From Spirochaetia bacterium (lineage in GTDB: Bacteria; Spirochaetota; Spirochaetia; SZUA-6; Bin103), in assembly GCA_965203905.1 (NCBI GenBank), contig CBDBDQ010000005.1, positions 4,000,001 to 4,064,000 on the forward strand: a DNA stretch of 64,000 bases, in the 5' to 3' direction. The position numbers were made by a program, and so were the translations under genes. Below, in pieces: positions 1 to 9,245 of the stretch (the first letter of the stretch is position 1; the number at the start of each line of letters is the position of its first letter). The notes beneath the pieces were generated by a model. That model was not told the DNA's origin. It did not search any database and worked only from the letters and a program-made list of their open reading frames with translations.

Positions 1-1229
1 TGCAGCGAGCGCTCGAGCGCGGCCAGGGTCCGGTCCACCAACTGCGGCGTGTGCGCGCTGCTGATGAACCAATGTGTGTTGGGGTGCAGAAACACGCCGT
101 GGTCGAGCGCGCTGCGGTAAAATACCCGCTTGCGCTCCAGGTCGCGTTCCGGATCGCCGCAGTCGAACAGCAGGAACGGCTGCGGCGGGATCCCCAGCAC
201 CCGTGCCTCGATCCCGCTGGCCGCCACCAGTTCGGTAAGCCCGTCGCTGAAGCGGCGGCCCAGCTCCCAGATGCGCTCCAGGGCGCCCGCCTGCAGTTGG
301 CGCAGCGTCTCCAGCGCCGCCGCCATCTCGAACGTGCTCACCAGGTAGGTGCTGGAGTAGAACACGTCGGCCTCCATGATCTCCGCCTTGCCCACCAGCG
401 CCGAGATCGGGAAACCGTTGGCCAGCGCCTTGCTGATCGCGGTAAGGTCGGGGACCACCCCCAGGTACTGCTGCGCGCCGCCGAGATGGACCCGCGGCCA
501 GGTGCGGATCTCGTCGAACACCAGCACCGCGTCATGGCGGTCGGCCAGCGCCCGCACCCCCTGCAGGAAACCCTCCGGCGGCAACTCGAACTCGAACGGC
601 TGCAGGATGATGCACGCCACCTCCCCTTGATGGCGCTCCAGGGTCCGTTGCAGCGACTGCAGGTCGCCGTAGACGAAGGTGTCGGTCAGTTCCGTGACCT
701 GGTCCGGGACCCCGGCCGCGTCCAGGTACGCGCCCTTGCGCTGGCCCAGCACCTCTCCCGCGCCCTTGCGCCCCAGGCACCAGTCGTGCCAGCCGTGGTA
801 GCCCCAGCGCACCACCCGGTCGCGCCCGGTGTAGCCGCGCGCCAGACGCACCGCCAGGGTGCAGGCGTCGGACCCCGTCTTGGTGAAGAACACCCGTTCC
901 GCGCTCGGCAGCAGCTCGATCAGCCGCTCGGCGAGCCGGTTCTGAATGGTGAACGACAGGTTGGCGATGAAGCCGCGCCGGATCGCCCGGATCGCGGCAC
1001 GGTTGACGCGCCGGTTGTCGTAGCCCAGCACGATCGGCCCGAACGCGCACAGGTAGTCGATATAGCGGTTGCCGTCGACGTCCCAGACGTGGCAGCCGGC
1101 CACCCGCTCGGTGTAGATGGGCCAGTCGGCGCGGTCGCTGAACGAGGTGGGGCGGCGGGCCGCGGTGACGCCGCCGGGGATCAGGCCGCGGGCGGTGGCG
1201 AACTCGGCCTGGGAGCGGGGGAAGCTCAC
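1..1229 (-). CDS. class III PLP aminotransferase (glutamate-1-semialdehyde aminomutase-like), 3' end runs off window
   Basis: Manual translation, not in ORF track: GTG start SFPRSQAEFATARGLIPGGVTAA...CHVWDVDGNRYIDYLCAFGPIVLGY ... GVFLHPNTHWFISSAHT. Confidence 0.85.
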   Translation of the reverse strand, partial: MSFPRSQAEFATARGLIPGGVTAARRPTSFSDRADWPIYTERVAGCHVWDVDGNRYIDYLCAFGPIVLGYDNRRVNRAAIRAIRRGFIANLSFTIQNRLAERLIELLPSAERVFFTKTGSDACTLAVRLARGYTGRDRVVRWGYHGWHDWCLGRKGAGEVLGQRKGAYLDAAGVPDQVTELTDTFVYGDLQSLQRTLERHQGEVACIILQPFEFELPPEGFLQGVRALADRHDAVLVFDEIRTWPRVHLGGAQQYLGVVPDLTAISKALANGFPISALVGKAEIMEADVFYSSTYLVSTFEMAAALETLRQLQAGALERIWELGRRFSDGLTELVAASGIEARVLGIPPQPFLLFDCGDPERDLERKRVFYRSALDHGVFLHPNTHWFISSAHTPQLVDRTLAALERSL

Positions 1230-1338
1230 GGCGCCAGCGGTCCGTGGTGGAACCAGGCGCCGCACCGAGAGCGCCACTCGAATGCAGCCGGAGTCTCGCC
1301 ACGGGCTGCCATGGTCGACGGTGCGATTCCGGACCCGC

Positions 1339-2031
1339 TCAGCGGTCGATCCAGTCGCGGTCGCCGTACACGTCGCGCCAGGCGTCGGTGAAGGCCTGGA
1401 TCCGGAACGCGGTCTCGTGGTCGTGGAACAGGTCGCGGAACACCGGCAGCTTCACCGTGCACAGGTGGGCCCCGGCGAGCGCCGCCTCCACCACCTGGAT
1501 CGGCTCGCGCGCGCCCACCAGCACGCGGGCCGAGTAGCCGTGCCGGTCGACGATCTGTCTGGCCGCGCGGGAGATGCTCGGCCGTTCGCTGCGGTCGACC
1601 GCGATCGGGTTCTTGCTGATGCCGTGCAGCCCGCCCTCGAACAGCGCCACGATGGCGGCCCCCGCCTCGGCCGCCAGGTACGCCTGCAGGGCGTTGTAGA
1701 TGATGGTGGCGGCGGTCTTGATCCCCTCGTCACGCAGCCGCCGGATCACCCCGGCAGCGGGTGCGCCGTCGAACGCGATCTTGACGTGGATGCGCGGTCC
1801 CAGGCCCGCCAGCAGGCGCGCCTCCTCCAGCATCCGCTCCGGGTCGCGGCTCACCACCTGCACCAGCACCGGCCCGGGCACGCGCGCGCTCATCCGCTGC
1901 ACCCGGTCCAGGTAGTCGGTGCGTCCCTCCTCCGCCATCACCAGCGGATTCATGGTCAGGCCGTGGATCAAGCCGGACCCGAGCACCTCCTCCAGGACCT
2001 CTTCATTGAACGTATCGATGCACAGCTTCAT
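1339..2031 (-). CDS. transaldolase / fructose-6-phosphate aldolase family protein
   Basis: MKLCIDT...GLTMNP, Schiff-base Lys in HVKIAF, 230 aa FSA/TalC size. Confidence 0.85.
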   Translation of the reverse strand: MKLCIDTFNEEVLEEVLGSGLIHGLTMNPLVMAEEGRTDYLDRVQRMSARVPGPVLVQVVSRDPERMLEEARLLAGLGPRIHVKIAFDGAPAAGVIRRLRDEGIKTAATIIYNALQAYLAAEAGAAIVALFEGGLHGISKNPIAVDRSERPSISRAARQIVDRHGYSARVLVGAREPIQVVEAALAGAHLCTVKLPVFRDLFHDHETAFRIQAFTDAWRDVYGDRDWIDR

Positions 2032-2166
2032 CGGCTCGCCGCTCTCCTCGGCTTGACCCCCGTGCGATTTCGTGTCTCACTGGGGCGTCTGAATTGCCCG
2101 CAACCGGCCCGGCGCCGGTAACAATCGCAGGGCACATCATAGCTTCCAACAGGGGGAAACGAAACA

Positions 2167-3711
2167 ATGAAACGAATCATCCTGCTTGCCAGCGCACTGC
2201 TGCTCGTGACGGGAACCGCGCTCTTCGCCGGCGGCGGCGGCGAGTCGGTGGCGATCGGCCAGTCGGCCCTGCGCGTGGCGATCGCCGGCGAGCCGAAGTC
2301 GGTGGCCGCGTGGCATACCGGGAGCTGGAACGACCAGATCCCGGGGCGCAGCATCTACCAGGGCCTGGTGGCACTCGACTACGACAGCATGCAGCCGGTG
2401 GGACTGCTGGCCGAGTCGTGGCAGTGGAACGACGACAACACGGCGGTCACCTTCAATCTGCGGCGCGGGGTCAAGTTCCATGACGGCTCCGACTTCGATG
2501 CGGCGGACGTCAAGCACTCGCTGGAAAATGCCGCCAACCCCGAGATCGGGCTCACCGCGCACACCCTGCTGCGCGACCTCGACCAGGTGGAGATCGTCGA
2601 CGACCACACCGTCGTCGTGCACCTGAAGCAGCCCAACAACTCGTTCCTGGCGATCATCATGGACGAGGCGTGGATCGTGCCCGAGGGGATGCTGCCCGAG
2701 GAGCTCAAGACCAACCCGATCGGCACCGGGCCGTTCATGTTCGAAGCCTGGGACCGCGGCCAGGAGATCCGGCTCACCAGGTTCGACGACTACTGGGAAG
2801 AGGGCCTGCCGTACCTCGACGGCGTGGTGATCAAGTTCATCCCGGACATCGACGTGCGCATCGCCCAGTACCGCCAGGGCGACCTGGACATGATCCTCAA
2901 CGTGCCGGCGGCGCGGGTGCCGGAGATGCAGCCGATTTCCAGCATTCCGATTCTTGAAAGCGACAAGATCCTCAACACCGGGATCTACTTCGTGCTGCTG
3001 AACAACCGCATCGCGCCGTTCGACAACGAGCTGGTGCGGCGTGCGTTCAGCTACGCCGTCGACCGCGACCAGTTCATCCGCGGTGTGGCCGGCGGCTACA
3101 GCTCGGCGCGCGCCACCCTGATCGCGGACGACAGCCCGCACTCTATCTCCAACGTCGAGAACGACTACTACCCGCAGAACATCGCCAAGGCGCGTGAGTT
3201 GCTGGCGCAGGCCGGCTACCCCGACGGCATCGAGTTCGAGTTGATGTGGCACCGCACCGGGCCGCAATGGGAGACCGGCGCGCAGATCATCCAGGCCTCG
3301 GTCAAGGACGCGGGGATCAACATCACGCTCAAGGGCGAGGAGGTGGCCACGCTGCTGACCCGGCTGCGCGACTCGCGCGACTACCAGGCCGGATTCTCGG
3401 CCACCGCGGTCAAGCCCACCTACTACCACTCGCTGTGGGACTCGATCGGCCGCCAGCACTCGCACTACGCCGGCATCCCCGAGGGCCATCCCGCGTGGTG
3501 GCAGCGGCTGCAGGACGCGACCGCGCTGGGACCGGACGCATTCCGCGAGGAGATCGCCGACTTGGTGCGCGAGCACGAGGCCGGGCAGTACGTGCTGACC
3601 CTGGGACAACTGGTGGTGTTCGACTCGCTGAGCAAGGACCTGGTCGGCTACCGGCCGCACCCGCAGGGCGCCGGCCGCTACAACTTCGCTCCGATCCGGT
3701 TCGGTGGCTGA
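2167..3711 (+). CDS. ABC transporter substrate-binding protein, family 5 (peptide/nickel type)
   Basis: Signal peptide ending LFAGGGGE; LRRGVKFHDGSDFDAADVK and PIGTGPF motifs. Confidence 0.9.
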   Translation: MKRIILLASALLLVTGTALFAGGGGESVAIGQSALRVAIAGEPKSVAAWHTGSWNDQIPGRSIYQGLVALDYDSMQPVGLLAESWQWNDDNTAVTFNLRRGVKFHDGSDFDAADVKHSLENAANPEIGLTAHTLLRDLDQVEIVDDHTVVVHLKQPNNSFLAIIMDEAWIVPEGMLPEELKTNPIGTGPFMFEAWDRGQEIRLTRFDDYWEEGLPYLDGVVIKFIPDIDVRIAQYRQGDLDMILNVPAARVPEMQPISSIPILESDKILNTGIYFVLLNNRIAPFDNELVRRAFSYAVDRDQFIRGVAGGYSSARATLIADDSPHSISNVENDYYPQNIAKARELLAQAGYPDGIEFELMWHRTGPQWETGAQIIQASVKDAGINITLKGEEVATLLTRLRDSRDYQAGFSATAVKPTYYHSLWDSIGRQHSHYAGIPEGHPAWWQRLQDATALGPDAFREEIADLVREHEAGQYVLTLGQLVVFDSLSKDLVGYRPHPQGAGRYNFAPIRFGG

Positions 3712-3740
3712 GAGTCTGGCGAGTTCCGCCAGACTCTCAG
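3708..3740. terminator. perfect 14-bp hairpin at 3' end of SBP gene (terminator or mRNA stabiliser)
   Basis: ctgagagtctggcg-agttc-cgccagactctcag; no U-run. Confidence 0.45.
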
Positions 3741-3946
3741 CCCCAGGTGGGGATGGGCCGGAACCGTCGCCGCAGGCGCCGATTCCGGGGCGCTGACGCG
3801 GACCATCCGCGAGACATCCAGGCTGGCGCCCTCCTCGGGGGCGCCAGTTTCGTTATGAGGCAGCACGGCCACTCCGTGACACGGAAGACCATGAAAACGA
3901 CGTATGGGGCGGTACCCGGTGGCCGCCATTTTCGGACCAGGCGATA

Positions 3947-5053
3947 ATGCAGTTCGGCCACTTCTCCTATCACATCACCCGCACCGGCCGTGCCGGCGAC
4001 GCCCGCGCCATAGAGGAGGCGCTGGCCGAGGCGCGCCTGGCCGAGCAGCTCGGCTACGACGCGGTGTGGTTCTCCGAGCACCACTTCACCGGCGAGACCG
4101 TGTACGCCGACCCGGTCATGTTCGCCACCGCGGTGGCGATGCAGACCGAACGGGTGAAGCTGGGGTTCGCAGTGCTGGAGATGGCGCTGTACCACCCGGT
4201 GCGGCTGGCGGAGCAGCTCGCACTGCTGGACAACCTCAGCCGCGGCCGGGTGATCGTGGGAATCGCGCGCGGCTCCGCCTTCAACGCCTACGAGTACCGC
4301 GGCTTCGGCACCTCGGTGCAGTTCGGGCGCGAGTGCCTGGACGAGGCGGAAGAGCTGCTGATCAAGTGCTGGACCGCGCGCGACGGGCTGGAATTCCACG
4401 GCAAGTACTGGGACGTGGCGCTGCCGGAGGTGCGGCCGCACCCGGTGCAGCAGCCGCATCCGCCGGTGCTGCGCGCCGCGGTCGGCCCGCCGGCCGTGCG
4501 CCAGATGGCGGCGCAGCGGCGCCCGGTGCTGATGCGCACCTTCTCCACCGAGTCGGCACGGGAGACGGTGCAGCTCTACACCGACGCGTTGCGCGAGGCC
4601 GGATGCGGCGACGCGGAGGTGCGCGACCTGCTGGAGCAGTGCTGGATCTGGCGCGACTGCTACGTGGCGGACTCCGACCGCGAGGCGCGTGCCGGGTTCC
4701 TGCCGCGCCTCACCTCCTGGCTGGAGTACGTCAACGCGATCCGCGCCCGCTGGAACCCCCCCGACCCCGACCAGGAGGTGCGTACGCCGCACATGCCGCT
4801 GCCGGCGGAGGCGTACGGGGAGCATCCCGATCCGGCCGCGCCGGAGCTGTTCGTCGGCTCGCCCGAACGGGTGGCGGAGCAGATCGCCCAGCTCCAGGAA
4901 CTGGGCATCGGACGGGTGATGCTCACCCACTACGGCGCCCTGATGGAGCGGGAGCAACGCGAGCGGTCGATGCGCCTGCTGGCGGAACGGGTGTTTCCAC
5001 GGTTCACGTCCGCGGCCTCCCCGGCGCCGGCCGCAAACTCAGCCGCCGGCTGA
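3947..5053 (+). CDS. LLM-class (luciferase-like) flavin-dependent oxidoreductase
   Basis: AEQLGYDAVWFSEHHF, HPVRLAEQLALLDNLSRGR, VGSPERVAEQI. Confidence 0.92.
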   Translation: MQFGHFSYHITRTGRAGDARAIEEALAEARLAEQLGYDAVWFSEHHFTGETVYADPVMFATAVAMQTERVKLGFAVLEMALYHPVRLAEQLALLDNLSRGRVIVGIARGSAFNAYEYRGFGTSVQFGRECLDEAEELLIKCWTARDGLEFHGKYWDVALPEVRPHPVQQPHPPVLRAAVGPPAVRQMAAQRRPVLMRTFSTESARETVQLYTDALREAGCGDAEVRDLLEQCWIWRDCYVADSDREARAGFLPRLTSWLEYVNAIRARWNPPDPDQEVRTPHMPLPAEAYGEHPDPAAPELFVGSPERVAEQIAQLQELGIGRVMLTHYGALMEREQRERSMRLLAERVFPRFTSAASPAPAANSAAG

Positions 5054-5055
5054 GC

Positions 5056-5844
5056 GTGGACGCCCTCGACCTGTTCGACTGCAACTGCGGGCTGGGGCCG
5101 TCGCGCCGGCACCGGCCCGGTCTGATAACCGACCGCGCGGGACTGCAGGCAGAACTCGATATCCAGGGGATCCGGCGCGCCCTGGTGTACGCGATCTCCG
5201 CTGAGGAATACTTCCCGCGCCACGGCAACCGGTGGCTGCTGGAGCAGATCGGCGGCAGCGACCGGCTGCTGCCGTGCTGGATCGTGATGCCGCACCACAC
5301 CGGCGAGTTTCCCGCCCCGGACGAGCTGCTGGGCCTGATGCGCGAGCACGGCGTACGTGCCGCGCGCATGAACCCGCCGTCGCACAACCGCTACAGCATC
5401 GCGCCGTGGTCGGCGGGGCCCCTGCTCAAGACCCTGGAACAGCACCGCGTCCCGCTGTTCCTCAGCGGCACCGACCTCGGGCGCTACCTGGACGATCCCG
5501 GCACCGGCTTCACCCCGGAGGTGGTGCACGAGCTGTGCCACACCTACCCGCGGCTGCCGTTCGTGATTCTGCGGCTCAACTTCCAGCTCACCCGGGTGGC
5601 GGTGGCGCTGCTGCAGGCGTGTCCCAACCTGTACGCCGATCTCTCCTACCACGACGTGTTCCTGGGCATCGAGCTGCTGTGCCGGGAGGTGGGGGCGGAG
5701 CGGCTGCTGTTCGGGACCGGGCTGCCGATCGGCGGCCGCGGCGCCGCGCTGGTCACGCTGCAGGCGGCGGAGATCGAGGAAGGGGAGCGGCGCCGGATCG
5801 CCGGCGGCAACCTGCAACGGCTGCTCGACGGGGTGCAGTGGTGA
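5056..5844 (+). CDS. amidohydrolase-2 family protein with degenerate metal site
   Basis: GTG start after LLM stop; FDCNC in place of DxHxH, PNLYADLS, GAERLLFGTGLP, RIAGGNLQRLL. Confidence 0.8.
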   Translation: MDALDLFDCNCGLGPSRRHRPGLITDRAGLQAELDIQGIRRALVYAISAEEYFPRHGNRWLLEQIGGSDRLLPCWIVMPHHTGEFPAPDELLGLMREHGVRAARMNPPSHNRYSIAPWSAGPLLKTLEQHRVPLFLSGTDLGRYLDDPGTGFTPEVVHELCHTYPRLPFVILRLNFQLTRVAVALLQACPNLYADLSYHDVFLGIELLCREVGAERLLFGTGLPIGGRGAALVTLQAAEIEEGERRRIAGGNLQRLLDGVQW

Positions 5845-6704
5845 CCGGCAGCGCCGTGGGCGGCGCGTCCGGTGCCGGCCACGGCGCGCGGGTGGCGCGC
5901 GCGGGCCCGCCCTACGACGACCTGGTGATCTTCGACAACCACCTCCACTTCGGCCATGCGCCGGCCGTGTTCGAGGCCACCACCGACCCCGCCGAGCTGG
6001 CGCGCCAGATGAGCCGGATCGGCATCCGGGTGGCGGTGGTGAGCTCGATCTGGGCGATTTTCAGCGGCGACGTGCGCCCCGGCAACGACCAGGTGCTGGC
6101 GGCGCTCGACCGCTTCCCCGACCGCTACCTCGGCTACGTGGTCGTGCACCCCGCCTATCCGGAGCTGCTGGCCAGCGAGCTGGAGCGCTGCCTGCGCCAC
6201 CCGCGCATGCGCGGCGTCAAGCTGCATCCCACCCAGTACAGCCACCCGGTCAGGATCACCGACGCGCGCTACCGGCCGGCGTTCGAGTACGCCCGCGACC
6301 ACGGCTATCCGATCCTGATCCACACCGGCCCCGAGGCGCAGCGCGCCTACTGCGGCGCCGAGGAGGTGGCCAAGGTGGCGCGCGAGTTCCCGACCGTGCC
6401 GGTGATGCTCGCGCACACCATGGGGTTCGACCGCTGGGAGGGGGTGGAGGAGGCGGTGGCCGTGGCGGCGCGGCTGGACAACGCCTACGTCGACCTTTCG
6501 GGCTCGGCCGGGCGCCACTACGGACTGGTGGAGTACGCGGTGCAGCGCGCCGGCAGCGAGAAGATCCTGTACGGCTCCGACGTGCCGCAGCTCACCTTCA
6601 CCTTTCCGCTCGGCCCGGTGCTCTACGCCGACATCCCGGACCGCGACAAGGAGAACATCCTCGGCCTCAACACCGCCCGCATGTTCGACATTCCGCTACC
6701 ATAG
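5841..6704 (+). CDS. amidohydrolase-2 family metal-dependent hydrolase
   Basis: FDNHLH, GVKLHP, ILIHTG, LAH, KILYGSDVP, ILGLNTARMF; GTGA overlap with upstream gene. Confidence 0.88.
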   Translation: MTGSAVGGASGAGHGARVARAGPPYDDLVIFDNHLHFGHAPAVFEATTDPAELARQMSRIGIRVAVVSSIWAIFSGDVRPGNDQVLAALDRFPDRYLGYVVVHPAYPELLASELERCLRHPRMRGVKLHPTQYSHPVRITDARYRPAFEYARDHGYPILIHTGPEAQRAYCGAEEVAKVAREFPTVPVMLAHTMGFDRWEGVEEAVAVAARLDNAYVDLSGSAGRHYGLVEYAVQRAGSEKILYGSDVPQLTFTFPLGPVLYADIPDRDKENILGLNTARMFDIPLP

Positions 6705-6727
6705 CAGCCGCAGGGGGAACCGGCGCC

Positions 6728-7231
6728 ATGTTCTCTATCAATCACTACTGCCTCATCGTCACCGACCTGGAGCGCTCGCTCGCCTTCTACCGCGACGTGC
6801 TCGGCATGAGCCTGCGGTCGCGGGTGACGCGCACGGAAGACATTGCCGCCGCCATCGCGCACCCCGGCATCACCATGCACAACGCCATCCTCTTCTTCGC
6901 CGACTCTCCGCACCCGGCGCTGGAGCTGATCGAATACGAGCCGGCGGGGACCAAGGTGGACCTGCAGATCCCGAATCCCGGCACCTCCCACATCGCGTTC
7001 GGCGTGGCGGACATCCACGCGGCCGTGGCCCATCTGCGTGCCTGCGACGTGGACGTGGTCTCCGATCCCGTGCACCTGGAACCCAACCCCGACACCGGCG
7101 CGCGCGGCGGCACCATCGCCTACTTCAGCGACCCGGACGGCATCTCCCTGGAACTATACCAGGCACCCGCCCCACCCGGCCCCCCGCCGACGGAGGATGA
7201 GCAGCAGGGTGGATCAGCCGCTCCCGGATAG
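6728..7231 (+). CDS. VOC / glyoxalase family protein
   Basis: NHYCLIVTDLERSLAFYRDVLG, HIAFGVADI, YFSDPDGISLELYQ. Confidence 0.9.
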   Translation: MFSINHYCLIVTDLERSLAFYRDVLGMSLRSRVTRTEDIAAAIAHPGITMHNAILFFADSPHPALELIEYEPAGTKVDLQIPNPGTSHIAFGVADIHAAVAHLRACDVDVVSDPVHLEPNPDTGARGGTIAYFSDPDGISLELYQAPAPPGPPPTEDEQQGGSAAPG

Positions 7232-7342
7232 ACGGTCGCGCCGTAGCGAGATCAGTATGTCCTTTTTCGTGTTGGCCGGTGCGGGCTACCATAGTGGCAT
7301 GCCGCGAGGAGAACCGGAGCGCGTTCACTCAGGAGCACATAC

Positions 7343-8590
7343 ATGCTCACCAGACTGACCGTTCGCAACTTCAAGTCGCTACGCGAGGTTACCGTCGAAT
7401 TGCCGCGGCTGGCCGTCCTGTTCGGTCCCAATGCCGTGGGAAAAAGCAACTTGCTGGATGCCATCCAGGCGCTCTCTTGGATGGGGACCGCGCGCACGCT
7501 GTTCGACGCTCTCGGCGGTCCACGCCCGGTACGCGGGTATTCTTTCGAAGCGTTTTCCTTTGCTCCCGATGGGTTGCCGGGGATGGTACGACGAGGATCT
7601 TCCAGTTTCACACTGGAGGCCGATCTTACTGTCGAGAAGGGAAGCTACCGTTACCGGATCGAGCCGGAGTTCGACTTCCGATCGGGCCAACTCACCGTTG
7701 CCGACGAGTACTTGGCTCAGCTTGGAGCATCGGGACAACCGAGGGGAACTGCGGCGATCGAGCGTGTTGACTCCAACTTCCGTATCCGGCGCAAGGGCAA
7801 GCCTGCCCACCCGCGACAGGAGCAGGTCGGGTTGAATCATTCGGTACTGTCCGACCGAAGTCTGAGTGGCACCGGCTATCCGTGGTTGGAGCAGGTTCGC
7901 GCGGAGCTGCTGAACTGGCGCACATACTATTTCGAACCACGGCGGGAGATGCGTGAGGAGGAGTCCCCGGCGGACGTGTCCGACATCGGGATGCATGGGG
8001 AATACATCGCCGCGCTGCTGTACAAGCTTCGCGCTGAGCGCCCGAAGCACTTCGACGCGGTTTGGCGCGCTGTGCGCTCGATCGTTCCGAACATCGAGTC
8101 GCTACGGGTCGAACTGGACGAACGGCGTGGCACGTTGAATCTGTTGGTCCGCCAAGAGGGAGTCGAGCATTCCTCGCGGGTGCTGTCCGAGGGTACGCTC
8201 CGTGTTCTCGCACTCTGCACGGTCGCCGTGAACCCCTGGGGCGGCTCTCTGCTCGCCCTGGAGGAGCCTGAGAACGGCGTACATCCACGGCGTCTGGAGT
8301 TGATCGCTCGGCTGCTGTTCACGCTTGCCGAACAACGGAGGCGGCAGATCGTTGTCACCACTCACTCGCCGCTGTTGGCGGATGCGATGCTGAAGTTGCA
8401 GCGGGAGGCCTCCGAGCCGGGTGACATCGGTCTGTTCAATGTCCGTCTCGGGCCAAAAGGAACCGTAGTCGAGCCATTTCACGTGACCGGCACGCTGTAC
8501 CAGGATACCGAGATAACCGAAGCCCTGGCGAGCCGGTCGCACGACGGCTTACTCGAGAGCCTGTTGCTGCGTGGGCTCATAGATGAGTGA
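7343..8590 (+). CDS. ABC-class (AAA_21 / RecF-like) ATPase
   Basis: Walker A GPNAVGKS, signature LSEGT, Walker B LLALEEPENGVHP, H-loop VTTHSP. Confidence 0.9.
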   Translation: MLTRLTVRNFKSLREVTVELPRLAVLFGPNAVGKSNLLDAIQALSWMGTARTLFDALGGPRPVRGYSFEAFSFAPDGLPGMVRRGSSSFTLEADLTVEKGSYRYRIEPEFDFRSGQLTVADEYLAQLGASGQPRGTAAIERVDSNFRIRRKGKPAHPRQEQVGLNHSVLSDRSLSGTGYPWLEQVRAELLNWRTYYFEPRREMREEESPADVSDIGMHGEYIAALLYKLRAERPKHFDAVWRAVRSIVPNIESLRVELDERRGTLNLLVRQEGVEHSSRVLSEGTLRVLALCTVAVNPWGGSLLALEEPENGVHPRRLELIARLLFTLAEQRRRQIVVTTHSPLLADAMLKLQREASEPGDIGLFNVRLGPKGTVVEPFHVTGTLYQDTEITEALASRSHDGLLESLLLRGLIDE

Positions 8591-9190
8591 CCCACTCGTG
8601 GTGGACCTCTTCGTGGAGGACCGAGCGCATGAGGAGTTCCTGAAGCCACTGCTGATGCGGGTCGCTCGAGACGAGGGAATCACCGTGTGGACGCGGGTCC
8701 GTCGGCTAGAGGCGGTCACGCTCGTGCGATCGCCGAGTTCAAGCTCTACCAGCGAGTCGTTGAGCGTGGCCCGTTGACGAGCGTTTCTGCCGATCTGGTG
8801 GTGGTTGCCATCGACGGGAACTGCTCGACATTCGCCGGTGCCCGAGGTCTCGTGCACGCCGCCGCCGAGCCGTTTGTGCAAGACCGGCTCGTCGCCGCAT
8901 GCCCCGATCCACACGTCGAGCGGTGGTACTTGGCAGATCCGCAGTCGTTCGAAAGGGTCGTGGGAAAACGCCCTGACATCGGCACCAGGAAGTGTGTCCG
9001 GGATCACTACAAGCGGGTGCTGGCTTCCGCGATAGTCCAGGGGGGACACCCGGCCACGCTCGGAGGAGTTGAATTCGCCCCCGAACTGGTGGAAGCCATG
9101 GATCTCTATCGAGCTGGCAGGAACGATTCTTCACTGAAGGCGTTCGTCGACGACTTTCGCGCCAAATTACACCAGTCGGCAGCGCCGTGA
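8583..9190 (+). pseudogene. DUF4276/TOPRIM-like partner of the ATPase, split by a 1-nt frameshift near 8700
   Basis: Frame A MSDPLVVDLFVEDRAHEEFLKPLL...TRVR continues in frame B SARGGHARAI...VVAIDGNC...PHVERWYLAD; may be an assembly indel. Confidence 0.7.
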
Positions 9191-9245
9191 GGGCCGTGTT
9201 CCGATCGCGCTTCTGGCGTGACCCGAGGAATCACAGAGACTACGG

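Noticed and set aside
51-1391. 446-aa plus-strand ORF and many other long overlapping ORFs (e.g. 2137-3660, 10175-11848, 48289-51258, 58002-59807)
   Set aside because: Antisense or alternate-frame shadows of real high-GC genes; Arg/Pro/Ala-rich with no motifs
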